Source of the DNA: Octopus vulgaris
Lineage: Eukaryota
DNA length: 64,000 nt
Direction: 5' to 3'
NCBI GenBank assembly: GCA_951406725.2
Contig: OX597833.1
Coordinates: 15,190,001 to 15,254,000, forward strand
Shown: one piece after another, positions 1-12,790 of the stretch
How positions within the stretch are numbered: the stretch's first letter is position 1
Layout: each line of letters begins with the position of its first letter
Translations under genes and position numbers: made by a program
Notes under the pieces: model-generated
The model's input: the letters and a program-made list of their open reading frames with translations, nothing else
What the model was told of the DNA's origin: nothing
The model's database searches: none

Positions 1-142
1 CGTCGACTTTACATTTCAGCCTTTATTCTGTTGACAGAATAAATAACAGATCACTCGAGGTCAATGTAACAAAACTAACACTCGCATCCAAATATTGCAT
101 GTCCTGTGCCAAATTTTTGAGACCATTATGTTTTATATGCAA

Positions 143-538
143 CTAGCAGTATCGCCCGGCGTTGCTCGGGTTTGTAAGGGAAATAACTATATAAGCATTT
201 TTAGAGAGTTATAGCAAAGAAATAGCAAAAAAATGCATTAAAAATGGAATAAAAAATTATGGTAATTTTTTTTTAAATCGTTGACTCATTGTAGACATTT
301 TTAGAGAGTTACTTCCCTTATATAATAGCGAAAAAATGCATTAAAATGGAAAAAATGATGGTAAATTTTTTAAAAATCGTAGACTCATCGTAGACGCGCG
401 CTAATACCCAGAAGGGCTCGATATGAATCACGACTATAAGATACCCGCTTTTGGTTAAACTGCACCACAAAATGTGGGAGTAGTTAGGAATCTAAATTGT
501 AGGAGACAGACACACAACTTCACTTTTATATATAAAGA
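143..538 (-). mobile_element. Non-autonomous Helitron, copy 1
   Basis: Minus strand starts TCTTTATATA and ends with the hairpin CCCGAGCAACGCCGGG followed by CTAG|T; no TSD. These are the canonical Helitron termini. Confidence 0.85.
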
Positions 539-1048
539 CTAGCAGTATCGCCCGGCGTTGCTCGGGTTTGTAAGGGAAATAACTATATAAGCATTTTTAG
601 AGAGTTACTTCCCTTATAGATGCCAATTCGGGCTTTCTTAGCCATTTCTGTTTTGGTGTCTTCAAGCCATGAAGTCGTTGTTCTAAAAGAACGCTGGTCT
701 CCTTGACAACGCTTTACGACGTTGATTTCCTTACACTCCCTTCCCCACAGCTTCACGAGGGAGGGAAGAAGGGGGAGAAGCAAACATGTGCAGATGTGAG
801 CGTGAACGCCAACTCCGCCGCCATCGACACACGAAAAATTATCCATTAAAATGGAATAAAAAATGATGTTAAATTATTTTTAAAATCGTAGACTCATAGA
901 CGCGCACTAATACTCAGACGGGCTCGATATGAATCGCGACTATAAGATACCCGAATTTGGTTAAACTGCACCGCAAAATGTGGGAGTAGTTAGGAATCTA
1001 AATCGAAGGGGTCAGACACTCACACAACTACAGTTTTATATATAAAGA
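539..1048 (-). mobile_element. Non-autonomous Helitron, copy 2 (head-to-tail with copy 1)
   Basis: Same termini (A|TC...hairpin...CTAG); abuts copy 1 with no spacer; carries an extra internal module at ~620-840. Confidence 0.85.
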
Positions 1049-1399
1049 TATCTTAGAATAACTGCAGAGGATACACAATCTTTTCATTAATGAAATCTGT
1101 GTAGTATGGTAAACCATGAGAACAATGCAGGTTTTATTCTTCATCATTCTTCTCTACGTTCTTTATGACTTTTCGTAACTTCTCTCCCCCAAACATATTT
1201 TCTCAACATTATTTATTCATTCATCGTATAAGCCTGATACAATAGAAACAATTCCCGTCATTTCGAACGGGCTTATATTTTATATTGCATTTTAGAAATA
1301 TTATAGATATAATCATTGGTTATTACATGAGGTTCATTGCAGAAATTTTGAGATTTTTTCAGGAGAGACATTTATTTATTTCGCAGAAATACAAAACTC

Positions 1400-1770
1400 T
1401 AATCACTTTTTAAATAGGATCCTCTCACCTTAATTCAGTTCCTGTCGCGCTTCAATCACTTCGAGAAGGCTCTATCGAAGTCCTCCAATTTGAAGGTGTT
1501 CAGTGGCTTCGGCGCTACTTCCTTTATCTTCTGAATGTGTTCCAAATAACTGCACCTAAGGATCTCCTTCAGCTTTGGGTATAACCAAACGTCACAGAGA
1601 GAAAAGTCTGGCCTTTGGGGAAGGTGAAGCTACAGCTTTGATGCCCACCTCGGTGAAGTAATTATTTACCGGTTCTTGTTCTGGTACATTATCCTGGTAC
1701 ATGTACCACCAATCCAAGTGCAAGAGATTAAGACACATCTGCCGGCTAGGAATAACGAAGTCGAGCACAC
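1400..1770 (-). pseudogene. Decayed Tc1/mariner transposase C-terminus
   Basis: Manual translation: WYMYQDNVP..YFTEVGIKAV..PKLKEILR..KEV..LNTFKLEDFDRAFSK*LKR..IKVRGSYL. Matches mariner HQDNAP / FPKLK / CI..GxYFE motifs, with stops and frameshifts. Confidence 0.7.
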
Positions 1771-2120
1771 ATACACAAGACATATGTGTGTTGTTAGCAC
1801 GTCAGGAGGCTGCGGTTTTTTTTGAGACGTATAAGAATCCTATCTTTTGCCGCTTCCATTTGCCAAATCCGTTCACAAACCTATGGTCGGCCCGAGGCTA
1901 TAATTGCAACTACTCGCCCAAGGTGTCAGTCAATGGGATTAAACATAAATATCATTAAAAAATGGTTGTAAAGAAAATGTAAAATCAAAGATTACGCAAA
2001 AGATTTGAACCAACGTTGCGGCTGATTATTTCACGAAAATAACACGTTATCTTCATTAGACATTACACAAACAATATTTATAAAACCTATGATATTTTCT
2101 AGGAATATTACTAACTAATA

Positions 2121-2509
2121 TGGAGGCGCAATGGCCCAGTGGTTAGGAAAGCGGACTCGCGGTCATAGGATCGCGGTTTCGATTCCCAGACCGGGCGTTG
2201 TGAGTGTTTATTGAGCGAAAACACCTAAAAAAGCTCCACGAGGCTCCGGCAGGGGATGGTGGTGATCCCTGCTGTACTCTTTCACCACAACTTTCTCTGA
2301 CTCTTACTTCCTGTTTCTGTGTACCTGTATTTCAAAAGGCCGGCCTTGTCACTCTCTGTGTCACGCTGAATATCCCCGAGAACTACGTTAAGGGTGCACG
2401 TGTCCGTGGAGTGCTCAGCCACTTACACGTTAATTTCACGAGCAGGCTGTTCCGTTGATTCGGATCAACCGGAACCCTCGTCGTCGGAACCGACGGAGTG
2501 CTTCCATCC
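2121..2509 (+). mobile_element. tRNA(Arg)-like-headed SINE (family B, tail type 1; probably octopus OR-type)
   Basis: A/B-box-like head TGGCCCAGTGG...GTTTCGATTCC; 11-bp TSD ACTAACTAATA at 2110-2120 and 2510-2520; near-identical copy at 54360-54750. Confidence 0.9.
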
Positions 2510-2931
2510 ACTAACTAATAGAAAATGTTTAAAATGTCAGTTATATTATAAGATCTGAAGAATTTAATCAACTTTGTCCCAAGCCTATTCATTAATATTC
2601 ATTTAGAACTCATTTTCCTATGTATTCACGTTAGTTTAATTCCTAATTTCATTATACTTCTTATGTTTTATCCTTGAGGAGGAATGAGACCAAACAAATT
2701 ACGTATCTTCAGCCTGTCTTAAAAATCTTATACTTTAGTATTGCATAAGAAGTTAATGATATTAAGATGGAATTCCTTTTTAAGCCAAACCTAAAAGGAT
2801 TAACGGTGCTTAAGAAATTACTAGAAAACAAATCATGAGTAATGCCGCATCAATAGATGGTTTAATCTCCCACGAACACTCAAGAAAATCTTCGTTAAGT
2901 ATATATGTGTGTGTATGGGTGGGTGGGTGTG

Positions 2932-3331
2932 TGGAAGCGCAATGGCTCAGTGGTTAGGGCTGCGGACTCGCGGTCGTAGGATCGCGGTTTCGATTTCCAG
3001 ACCGGGCGTTGAGCGAAAACTACTCACAAAGCTTTGGTCGGCCCGAAGCTATAGTAGAAGACACTTGCCCAAGGTGCCACACAGTGGGAATGATCCCGGA
3101 ACCATGGAGGTCGTAAGCAAGCTACTTACCACATAGCAGCGGGGGGGGGGGGGGAGGGGCGATCCCTGCTGTACTCTTTCGCCACAACTTTCTCTCTGTC
3201 TTTCCTCCTGTATATTGCAGCTTTCCTGCGACGGACCGGCGTCCCGTCCAGGTGGGGAACCTATACGCCAAGGGAACCGGGAAACCGGCCCTAATGAGCC
3301 AGGTGTGGCTCGAGAAAGGACAAACAACAAC
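2932..3331 (+). mobile_element. Family B SINE (tail type 2) interrupted by an inverted family A head (~3022-3137)
   Basis: B head at 2932-3020, antisense A segment, then B body and a tail ending (CAA)n. Confidence 0.75.
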
Positions 3332-3555
3332 GTATCATTTTAATCACATTATTATATCATTGTTTCCCTGTTTAAATTGTGGATTTGTGAGATTCAGTGC
3401 AGCCTCTTACATAGTTATATGGATATCACACGTCTACACACAGCTATTTATATAATATATCGTGACAAAAAAAGGTATTCATGCAACATTTGTTGATATA
3501 ACATAAAATCTGTGTGTCTGTTTCATTATTAAATGCCCTTAAAATTTAGTTCTTA

Positions 3556-3722
3556 GGCGTAGGAGTGGCTGTGTGGTAAGTACCTTGCTTACCAACTCCA
3601 TGGTTCCGGGTTCATTCCCACTGTGTGGCGCATTGGGTAAGTTTCTTCTACTATATCTTCGGGCCGACCAAAGCTTTGTGAGTAGATTTGGTAGACGGAA
3701 AGTGAAAGAAGCCCATCGTATA
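3556..3722 (+). mobile_element. Family A SINE, 5' half
   Basis: GGCGTAGGAGTGGCTGTGTGGTAAG...GAAGCCCATCG, ending at the central TA tract. Confidence 0.85.
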
Positions 3723-3915
3723 TATGAATATATATATAACGTTAACACAACGATAACAGTGAAGAAGTTTCAATGAAAATAATAATGCAATACGAAAGTA
3801 TTGATTCCCAGTAAAAGATAACCCGTAAGGGTAAAATTATACATATAAAAGTAAATAAATGGTACAACGAGGCACCGATATTTACTGGAAAATAGCAATC
3901 GTAATAAATACGACG

Positions 3916-3984
<69 letters not shown>

Positions 3985-5310
3985 TGAGAATGTGTGTCTG
4001 TCTGTCTGTGTGTTTCCCTAAAACTTGAGAACTACACAAACAATTTCATTCAAACGTTATACATGCCCTAACTTAAGGTCCGGGGAGTGTCATCGGCAAA
4101 AAAATCTTAACTTTTTCCCTAGGGTGAACCCACAGCAATATCATATCTTCTCCACTATTTTAGTATTACGTATTAAAGGTGAAACAAAAACAACTCTTTA
4201 TTGTACTGCAGACACTTTCATTTTAATACTGAAACTATTAAAATGAACCATTAATAGTGGTCATCCTTTTTGCTAGAGGAAGATCTGCTATGGTCTTATA
4301 TGCTACACCATTGGTTTTCAATTCATATTAATCAAATTAATATTCAATATTTCACCCTTATTATGTGTGTGTGTGTGTGTATTAGCAATTCGTATAAAAT
4401 TGCATCAATGACTTGAACTTGGATAAGTGGTTTCACATAAATGGGGATACATTTGTTGTTAATATTATTACTGTTTGACTATTGTAATCACATTTGGTGA
4501 TGGTCGTAGTCATAGTGGTGGTCATGGTGGTAGTGGTGGTGGAGGTGGTGGTGTTGGTCGTCGTGGTGATGGTGGTGGTGTTTGTGGCAGAGTTGTATTT
4601 TGACTGTGATGTTGTCGTCTGGCTTCTTCCAATTCTTCGTGTGTCGGTGGCGGAGTTGGCGTCCATGCTCACACCTGCACCTGTGTTGCTCCTCCCCTTC
4701 CTCTCTCCTTCATGAAGCTGTGAGCAAGACAGGGTAGGGAAATCAACGTCGTGAAGCGTTGTCAAGGAGACCAGCTTTCTTTTAGAACAACGACTTCATG
4801 GCTTGAAGACGCCAAAACAGAAATGTCTAAGAAAGCCGAAAGCAAATTCTACAAAATCGGGAAACACGCCACACAGGGAAGGTTTCCCGTGCAAAGAATT
4901 TGCACAACCGAATGTTTTAGTTGTTGCACAACTAATACATAAAAAATATTATCCAAACACAAACTTTTGAAGGCAATAAAAAGGCAAACTTGAAGACAAT
5001 ATTGTATGGCGATGGTACTTGTGAAATATGGTAATAGATTTAGTAGCCAAAAGGAGAGAGCAGAGGTATAGTATGGTGGTGGTGGTGTTGGTGGCGGCGG
5101 CGGTGGCGGTGGAAATAGCGACGGCGAAGGTGGTAGTGGCAGCGGCGGTGCCGGTGGTGGCGATGTTGGCGTCCATGCTCACAGCTGCACCTGTGTCGCT
5201 CCTTCATGACGCTGTGGGGAAGGCAGGGTAGGGAAATCAACATCGTAAGCGTTGTCAAGGAGACCAGCTTTCTTTTAGAACAACGACTTCATGGCTTTGA
5301 AGTCGCCAAA
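3916..5310 (+). mobile_element. Probable larger non-autonomous Helitron-related element (3' end not seen)
   Basis: (TA)n-AAAACTGAGAATGTGTGTCTGTCTGTCTG start resembles Helitron 5' ends; contains two copies (4637-4840, 5155-5310) of the module found inside Helitron copy 2, in the same relative orientation. Confidence 0.5.
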
Positions 5311-5757
5311 CCAACAAAAAACGTTGAACACAATAAGAAACGAAACATTAAAAACAAAAACTTGGCAACGAACTTTTTTTTTCAAACGACGAAAAAAGAG
5401 TACAAGACATACAACAGAAGGAATATTACCCTTCTTCAGTTGTCCCTGTTTCGTATACTCCGCGTACATTTATATGTGCGTGTATTCCTGTATGTGTCTG
5501 TGTGTCTCTGTGCGTGCTTGTGTATTATAAGAGGAATGCATATGTGTATCTATACGCACAACGTGCATGTGAATGTGTGTTTTAGGGATAGTGTTGTGAA
5601 AGGTGTCAGCTTTCTTTTCGCAAGTCGTAACGAAGTCGAGAAAATGCGTATAACTCAGAGAGAATATTAGATAATTTAGCTTAGTAAGCATATACCATTG
5701 AGTCAAATTTCTAAATTACATGTAGGCAATCTTGAATTTTGAACTCCTATCAATATA

Positions 5758-6150
5758 GTAGCAGTATCGACCGGCGTTGCTCGGGTTTGTTTCGACTCTT
5801 TAGAATTGGAATTTTTGAAAAGTAAAAAGTTTGCATTATGTAGCTTGTTATTCTCTTTAAGTGAACATTTTTGTGGTTGAAATACACCGAAAAATGGTGA
5901 CAACAGCAGTTAAAAAATCGTAAAAAAATAGGGATTTTCATAGAAAAAAAAAAGCACCTTTTTGATGTAAATACTTTTTGGTCATAACATGGTCTGATTT
6001 GAATTTTATCTTCTACGGAATGAAGAGCAAGCCTTATTTTATCATACTCTTAATTTCGGTCAACTTGCGCCGCAGGGTCTCGGAGGAGATAGTGCTAGTT
6101 GAAGGCTACCAAACCTGCAACACACAGACAAACTCAGCTTTATATATAGA
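5758..6150 (-). mobile_element. Non-autonomous Helitron
   Basis: Same 3' hairpin terminus (gtagcagtatcgaccggcgttgctcggg on +, CTAG mutated) and TCTATATATAAAG 5' end; different interior. Confidence 0.8.
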
Positions 6151-7363
6151 ATATTTATGTGTGTGACTGTATATGTATATGTATATTTTGGCGTGCGTGT
6201 GTCTTTGTGTTTGTGCGTACGTTGTCAACGCATAAGTAGCGAATAATTACTTGGTTTCTAGAGTAGGCTTCAAAGTAAATATCAGGAGGGAAAATGAAGA
6301 TAATTACTTATTGGTTATTATTAAAATTCCCTGCATCTCACCAACTACAACAAGTAAATATTTTATAGGACACAGCCGATGTGTATAGAAGGAATACAAG
6401 ATTTGAAATCGATATTTGCTTCTCTTGGTATAATACGGTTTATAGGCTTATAATATAATACTTAGCATTTCAGATATTTAACGTTTGATAAATTGTATAA
6501 ATATAAGCCTGGAGCAAATGTGATAGAATATGAACTTTGTTAGACAATAGGACATATAATGATACATAAGGGAAATTGGAAGGGAAGCACGTTAATTACA
6601 AGCAAATGACTTGCACAGATATATGAGAAAATATAATACCAGAGAAACGAAATTGTGTCTGGGAGAAAGAGTCGACAGAAATAAGACAAAAGGAGATGGA
6701 GAACATTAAAATGAAGAAGTAAGAAATTGTCTTTTGGTAGAATACGATAAGAAATTATTTAATTAGTTTGCTTTATAGATAAAAGGTACGTTCATGAATA
6801 ACGATTGTGTTAATAAGAATTTGAATGCTGGTAACACGTAGCAAAGTCACAGAGCGAAAACAAAGATTTAAAGGTTGGAAATGAAGGAAAGTTAGAGGTG
6901 AAAGTATTTGAAGCGTTAAGGAATGGAACCGGGAATGAAAGAATGTCGTGCAGAGAATTAGAAGAATGTATAGAGAAAGTTAGAGAAGAAAATACACATT
7001 CCATGAATGTCTTCCAAACAATAATTGTTTTTCATCTGTAAGAAATGTCTTGCTTCGTAAAATGTTTAATTGTGTTTGTTTACTTGCCTCGAGTTGTGTC
7101 ACGCTTTATAATTGTAAAAAGAATATAATGGTTCTAAACATGATTAACTATGACTAGAAATTATACATTATTTTCAGAGATGAGCGACAAATAACTATAT
7201 AAATATTCTATGTGGCGCCTTCCTTGTTCTTCAAACCAAAATTCAAACTTCTAATCGCGCCAAGATTTATCTAGAAATGACTGTCTCTTAAAGTATCCAA
7301 CAGGTTATAACAAATATAAGGATATATGATTCCATGGACATATATTCATGTGTGTGTGTATGC

Positions 7364-7430
<67 letters not shown>

Positions 7431-7686
7431 CGAAACGCGAAGTAGATGAAACAGGGACAACTGAAGAAGGGGAATATTTTTTATGTTTTATGTCTCGTTT
7501 CTCTGTTTTTTTTTTCGTTGTTTGAAAATAAAGTTCGTTTTCTATGATTTTGTTTTTATGTTTTGGTTTCTCATTCTGTTCAACGTTTTTTTGATATCCT
7601 GTACCCATATATGCATGCATATATACATATATGTAGATATGTATATATATTTTTTTAATTTATTATATAGAAGGAGCTTCTACAGG

Positions 7687-7729
7687 ACTAGAACTGTTTC
7701 ATTCAAGAGAAATCTTCAGGAAGCTAGTT
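7687..7729 (-). ncRNA. Hammerhead-like motif in a Penelope-like tail fragment
   Basis: Minus strand CTGAAGA-TTTC TCTT GAAT-GAAA-CAGT-TC; intact core boxes, weak helix I; homologous to 26065-26172. Confidence 0.45.
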
Positions 7730-7947
7730 AACAAGAATTGTATTGGCATTTATACATTTAGGCAGGTTTATAGGGGTGGTGGTGGGGGACTTTTTGGGGG
7801 TAGGCATAGCGCAAAAAATCATACTTGGGGGAGTGGTCAAGGAGTCAGTGGTAAATTAGATAGAAGAATAAATAAAAGAATAAAAAAAGAATAAAAAATA
7901 TAAAATTATATAGAAGAATAGAGTTTTAGGTAAATAAGGAAATTCTC

Positions 7948-8035
7948 AACACACACACATATACATACACACATACATACACACACACACCCATATATAT
8001 ATATATATACACACACACATATACATACATATATC

Positions 8036-8089
<54 letters not shown>

Positions 8090-8297
8090 CATACATACAC
8101 ATATACATGCATATACATATACACACACACATGTATATATACACACACACGACCACACATACACATACACACAAAAAAATATATACATACACACATACAC
8201 ATACTCACATACACACACATATCCACATACACACATGCACACACAACACACAAGTCCCTATATACTCATATATACATATACACATATATGTATGCAT

Positions 8298-8344
<47 letters not shown>

Positions 8345-8876
8345 CATATGTGTACCCACCCATACACATATATGTATGTATACACACACACACATACATA
8401 TATATACACATACATACATACATATGTGTACCTATTCATACCTACACATACACACATATATATATACATACAATTACAAACCCATTCCCTAATTTTAATT
8501 TTATTATCTTCATTTATTACTTTTGTTATCTTTGACCGCTGGTCACAAACATCTTGGCTACTCCCTTTTATCTTTCTACTTGAGCACAAGCACTCACTCA
8601 CGCACGCACACTCATTAGCACGCACACACACTCTCATTCGTACACTCATACACATACACGCACGCACGCGTTATATTCATACATACATACATCTACATAC
8701 ATACACGTATATACACATACATACGCGTACCTACAGATTCATGTCTACAATCTTAGAAGACTAGTCTATACATATACACCAAATATATATACACACATAC
8801 ATATACACCTACATACAAATACATACATACATATATATACACACATATATATATACATACACATATACACATACAC

Positions 8877-8907
<31 letters not shown>

Positions 8908-9178
8908 CACATATATACATATATATACATATACATATATATATACACACATCCGCATACATACATACATACATACATACACCCATACATACATACATAT
9001 ATACACACATACACACACCCACACGTATACATATACATACATATACGCGCATGCATACATACATATATATATATATACATACACATACATACATATACAT
9101 ACATACATACATATACATATATACACACACACATACATATACATATACACATACACGCACATACACATATACATGCAT

Positions 9179-9239
<61 letters not shown>

Positions 9240-9302
9240 CATATACATACACACATACACATACACACATACACATATGTACACATACACACACATATTC
9301 AC

Positions 9303-9333
<31 letters not shown>

Positions 9334-9339
9334 TATATA
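7948..9339. repeat. Compound (CA)/(TA)/(CATA) microsatellite field
   Basis: Direct inspection; short unique interruptions. Confidence 0.95.
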
Positions 9340-9509
9340 GGCGCAGGAGTGGCTGTGTGGTAAGTAGCTTGCTTACCAACCACATGGTTCTGGGTTCAGT
9401 CCCACTGCGTGGCAACTTGGGCAAGTGTATTCTACTATAGCCTCGGGCCGACCAAAGCCTTGTGAGAGGATTGGTAGACGGAAACTGAAAGAAGCCCGTC
9501 CTATATATG

Positions 9510-9540
<31 letters not shown>

Positions 9541-9756
9541 TTGTGTGTCTGTGTTTGTCCCCCTAGCATTGCTTGACAACTGATGCTGGTGTGTTTATGT
9601 CCCCGTCACTTAGCGGTTCGGCAAACGAGGCCGATAGAATAAGTACTGGGCTTACAAAGAATAAGTCCCGGGGTCGAGTTGCTCGATTAAAGGCGGTGCT
9701 CCAGCATGGCCGCAGTCAAATGACTGAAACAAGTAAAAGAGTAAAGAGAAAAGAGA
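9340..9756 (+). mobile_element. Family A SINE, full length
   Basis: tRNA-like head, central (TA)(TG) tract, 3' GGTGCTCCAGCATGGCCGCAGTCAAATGACTGAAAC and (AGTAAAAG)n tail. Confidence 0.9.
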
Positions 9757-9809
9757 AATATGTATGTAAATATACATATATTTATATTTTAATAATATTA
9801 TTATATGCA

Positions 9810-9843
<34 letters not shown>

Positions 9844-10708
9844 CATACATACATACATACATACATTAATACATACATACATACATTAATACATACATAT
9901 ATAGTGAGGTTCGAATATAAATTTACAAACATATACACTTGCTGTGTCAGTATTGTTCGTTACAAAATCTGGGCAGAATTAGCTGCAGTGATGCAGTGAT
10001 TGTACGGTATACTTCGTAGGAACGACACACTCTTGTTTCGTCCATATACAGTTCTCATTGTGTCACGACATAGATATTTGTAGATATATCGCAGTCAATG
10101 CATTGGTGTTTTTTTTTTTATGAAGGTTCCGATGATTTTAAGAATACAGTAGAAGTTTTATGACAAGAAATATTCTGGACATTATTTCTTTATTGCTTTA
10201 ACTGCTACCAGGAAACATGAAAACTTGGAGCTGTCCATCAATTTGAAGTATCATGTTAGTATAATAATTGAAAGGTATATAAGAACGATATTTTACACTG
10301 GAACACGAAATGATGCCAGTAAATAGCTTTATACATTCATTTTGGGTGGTGAACAAGTTTTCAGAAATGTAATCATTTCTATTTTGATGCCATAACAATT
10401 ATCATTTCCTGTAACGTGCAACGTGATTTTAAAACTGCAAAATCTACAAAACTTTTTAAGTTTTACACTCAAAATAGTTTTAAGAGAATTGATGATGTTG
10501 CCGATTCATGTGAAGGAAAATATTGAAAGAAAAAATCGAAAATATATGCTTAAATATATCAGATAATGTTAGTTACATAACTATCATACACATCAAAGTA
10601 GAAACACATATGAGTTATGGAATACAATTACATAGTGCATAGGAACGGCTTCAATACTATCTACGGATCATAATATTACATTTTAACCAATAAAATATTA
10701 ATACATAT

Positions 10709-10913
10709 TACGGAGATGTACTCGCATAGCAAGTAATTTGATCTTAGATCGTGTGCTGAAACGAAAACAATTGCAGCGTGGAAGGTGTTTGTAAGCCATT
10801 TAAGAAACACACAAGAGCCGTTCGATTCACTTCAACATTTAAGTTTAATTTGTCAAAATATTTTCGTCGCTAAAATCCGCAACCTGTTCACTGACAAAAA
10901 TCCGTGCTGCATC
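10709..10913 (-). mobile_element. 205-bp insertion with 13-bp TSD carrying a hammerhead-like fold
   Basis: TATTAATACATAT repeated at 10696-10708 and 10914-10926. Confidence 0.75.
10849..10898 (-). ncRNA. Minimal type-I hammerhead motif, G3-C8 core variant
   Basis: TTTGTCA-GTGAACA-G-GTTGC(GGATTTTA)GCGAC-GAAA-ATAT-TT-TGACAAA: 7-bp helix I, 5-bp helix II, palindromic loop 3. Confidence 0.65.
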
Positions 10914-11500
10914 TATTAATACATATATATAGACATATTAAATTTCTTAGATATAATTTTATATTAAATCATTCATTAGACGTTTATATTTGACAGTCAT
11001 ATTAAAACGTTGATTTTTTCAAGATATGATTTTATATCAAAATGTTCATACTAAGACATTCTATTAGAAACGGATGGAATTAAAATGAAAAAGAGATCGG
11101 AAGATTTTGTATTTATGCTTTCAAAATGATGGGCTTTGTCTATTTTTTAAGCTGTTATATCCAGTAACATTAAAGAGCCTGACGAGTGTAAACGTTTTGA
11201 AAGACGCTAATACCAGCAAGAGAAATCAATACTGCATATACGCTGCGCATGCTACGTTTGTACAATTTGTAGTTCTTCTGTACCTATGATTGTACTGATA
11301 CCACCCTCAGCTCTAGAGTGTAGAGCTGTAATATTCGCATATTCAACACTCATGTACACATACACACCTATTTATTTACATGTATATATATATTTGCGTG
11401 GGTATGTGTGGGTGTATATATAATATATACGCATGAAACTCTCGGACCAATATATATATATATATATATATATTTATCGCCGTCATTACAATGACCGACC

Positions 11501-11826
11501 GTGGCATCTTGGGCAAGTGTCTTCTACTATAGCCTCGGGTCGACCAAAGCCTTGTGAGTGGAATTGATAGACGGAAACTGAAAGAAGCCCGTCGGATATA
11601 TGTATATATATATATATATATGTGTGTGTGTGAAAGAGTACAGCAGGGTTCACCACCACCAACCCCCTGCTGGAGCCTCGTGGAGCTTTAGTTGTTTTCG
11701 CTCAATAAACACTCACAACGCCCGGGCTGGGTATCGAAACCACGATCCTATGACCGTGAGTTCGCTGCCCTAACTACTGGGCCATTGCGCCTCCATATAT
11801 ATATATATATATATATATATATGGAG

Positions 11827-11881
<55 letters not shown>

Positions 11882-12053
11882 TGTAGGAGTGGCTGTGTGG
11901 TAAGTAGCTTGCTTACCAACCACATGGTCCTAGGTTCATTCCAACTGCGTGGCATCTTGGGCAAGTGTCTTACAAGCCCAAAACCTGACACTAGATTACA
12001 CCATCTTGTTTGTCGATACACGGAAGCTGAAAGAAGCCCGTCGGATATATGTG

Positions 12054-12093
<40 letters not shown>

Positions 12094-12243
12094 GGTGTGT
12101 GTGTGTGGGTGTGTGTGTGTGTGTGCGTTTGTGTGTATGTTTGTGTGTTTGTGTTTGTCCCCCCACTATCGCTTGACAATCGATGTTTGTGTGTTCGCAT
12201 TCCCGTAACCTAGTGGTTCGGCAAAAGAGACTGATAATAGAAC
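11501..12243. mobile_element. SINE cluster: family A fragment (+, 11501-11630), family B head (-, 11632-11795), family A (+, 11880-12243)
   Basis: Similarity to the full-length copies elsewhere in the window. Confidence 0.8.
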
Positions 12244-12790
12244 CATGATATTCGCAGCCAGTCTTGGCGTACAACATCATTCCATGTCAACGAATAAATT
12301 GCTGACATTTTGTTTTTACGTTTCTGGGCGGACTGGCTTGTATTTATAGCAGGGTGTGTAACCCCATATGAATCCGGCCGTGCTCAAGTTTTCCTCGGTT
12401 TGCATTAGAGGAAGAATTAAAATAGCACTGAGAGGTTGTGTCCATGTTAGATACCATGGGTTTCGTATTTCTTTTCCACCTTCTGTGTTTCTTTCATTTC
12501 TATTTATCCACGTCGTTCACTTAGAGATTAAGATATAGAATAACGATATACAACCATGATATTCGCAGCCAGTCTTGGCGTACAACATCATTCCATGTCA
12601 ACGAATAAATTGCTGACATTTTGTTTTTACGTTTCTGGGCGGACTGGCTTGTATTTATAGCGTAACCCCATATGAATCCGGCCGTGCTCAAGTTTTCCTC
12701 GGTGAATAACGATATACAACCTTTTGCATTTAAAGTGAGCGACATAGAGAAAAAGAATGAGTGAATGCGGGAGGGAAAGTAAGAGAAGAA
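12241..12790. repeat. Local ~150-bp direct duplication (12241-12400 / 12552-12703) with flanking short direct and inverted repeats
   Basis: Near-identical copies differing by a 7-bp indel; GAATAACGATATACAACC occurs at ~12538 and ~12704. Confidence 0.85.

Noticed and set aside
2122-2195. SINE heads as functional tRNA genes (all four families)
   Set aside because: They run into SINE bodies and lack intact acceptor stems.
5315-7600. Inverted pair 5315-5465 / 7430-7590 with GAAA...CTGAAGA
   Set aside because: A real dispersed repeat, but the boxes are in permuted order with no UH site or helices, so not called a hammerhead.
7926-9440. Long YI/CV/HT-rich ORFs here and at 16928-17746, 26991-27794, 39138-40797 and 45161-45848
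   Set aside because: Translations of dinucleotide microsatellites, which lack stop codons by composition.
11174-11215. CTGACGA...GAAAGACGCTA
   Set aside because: No credible helix I or II; likely chance match.
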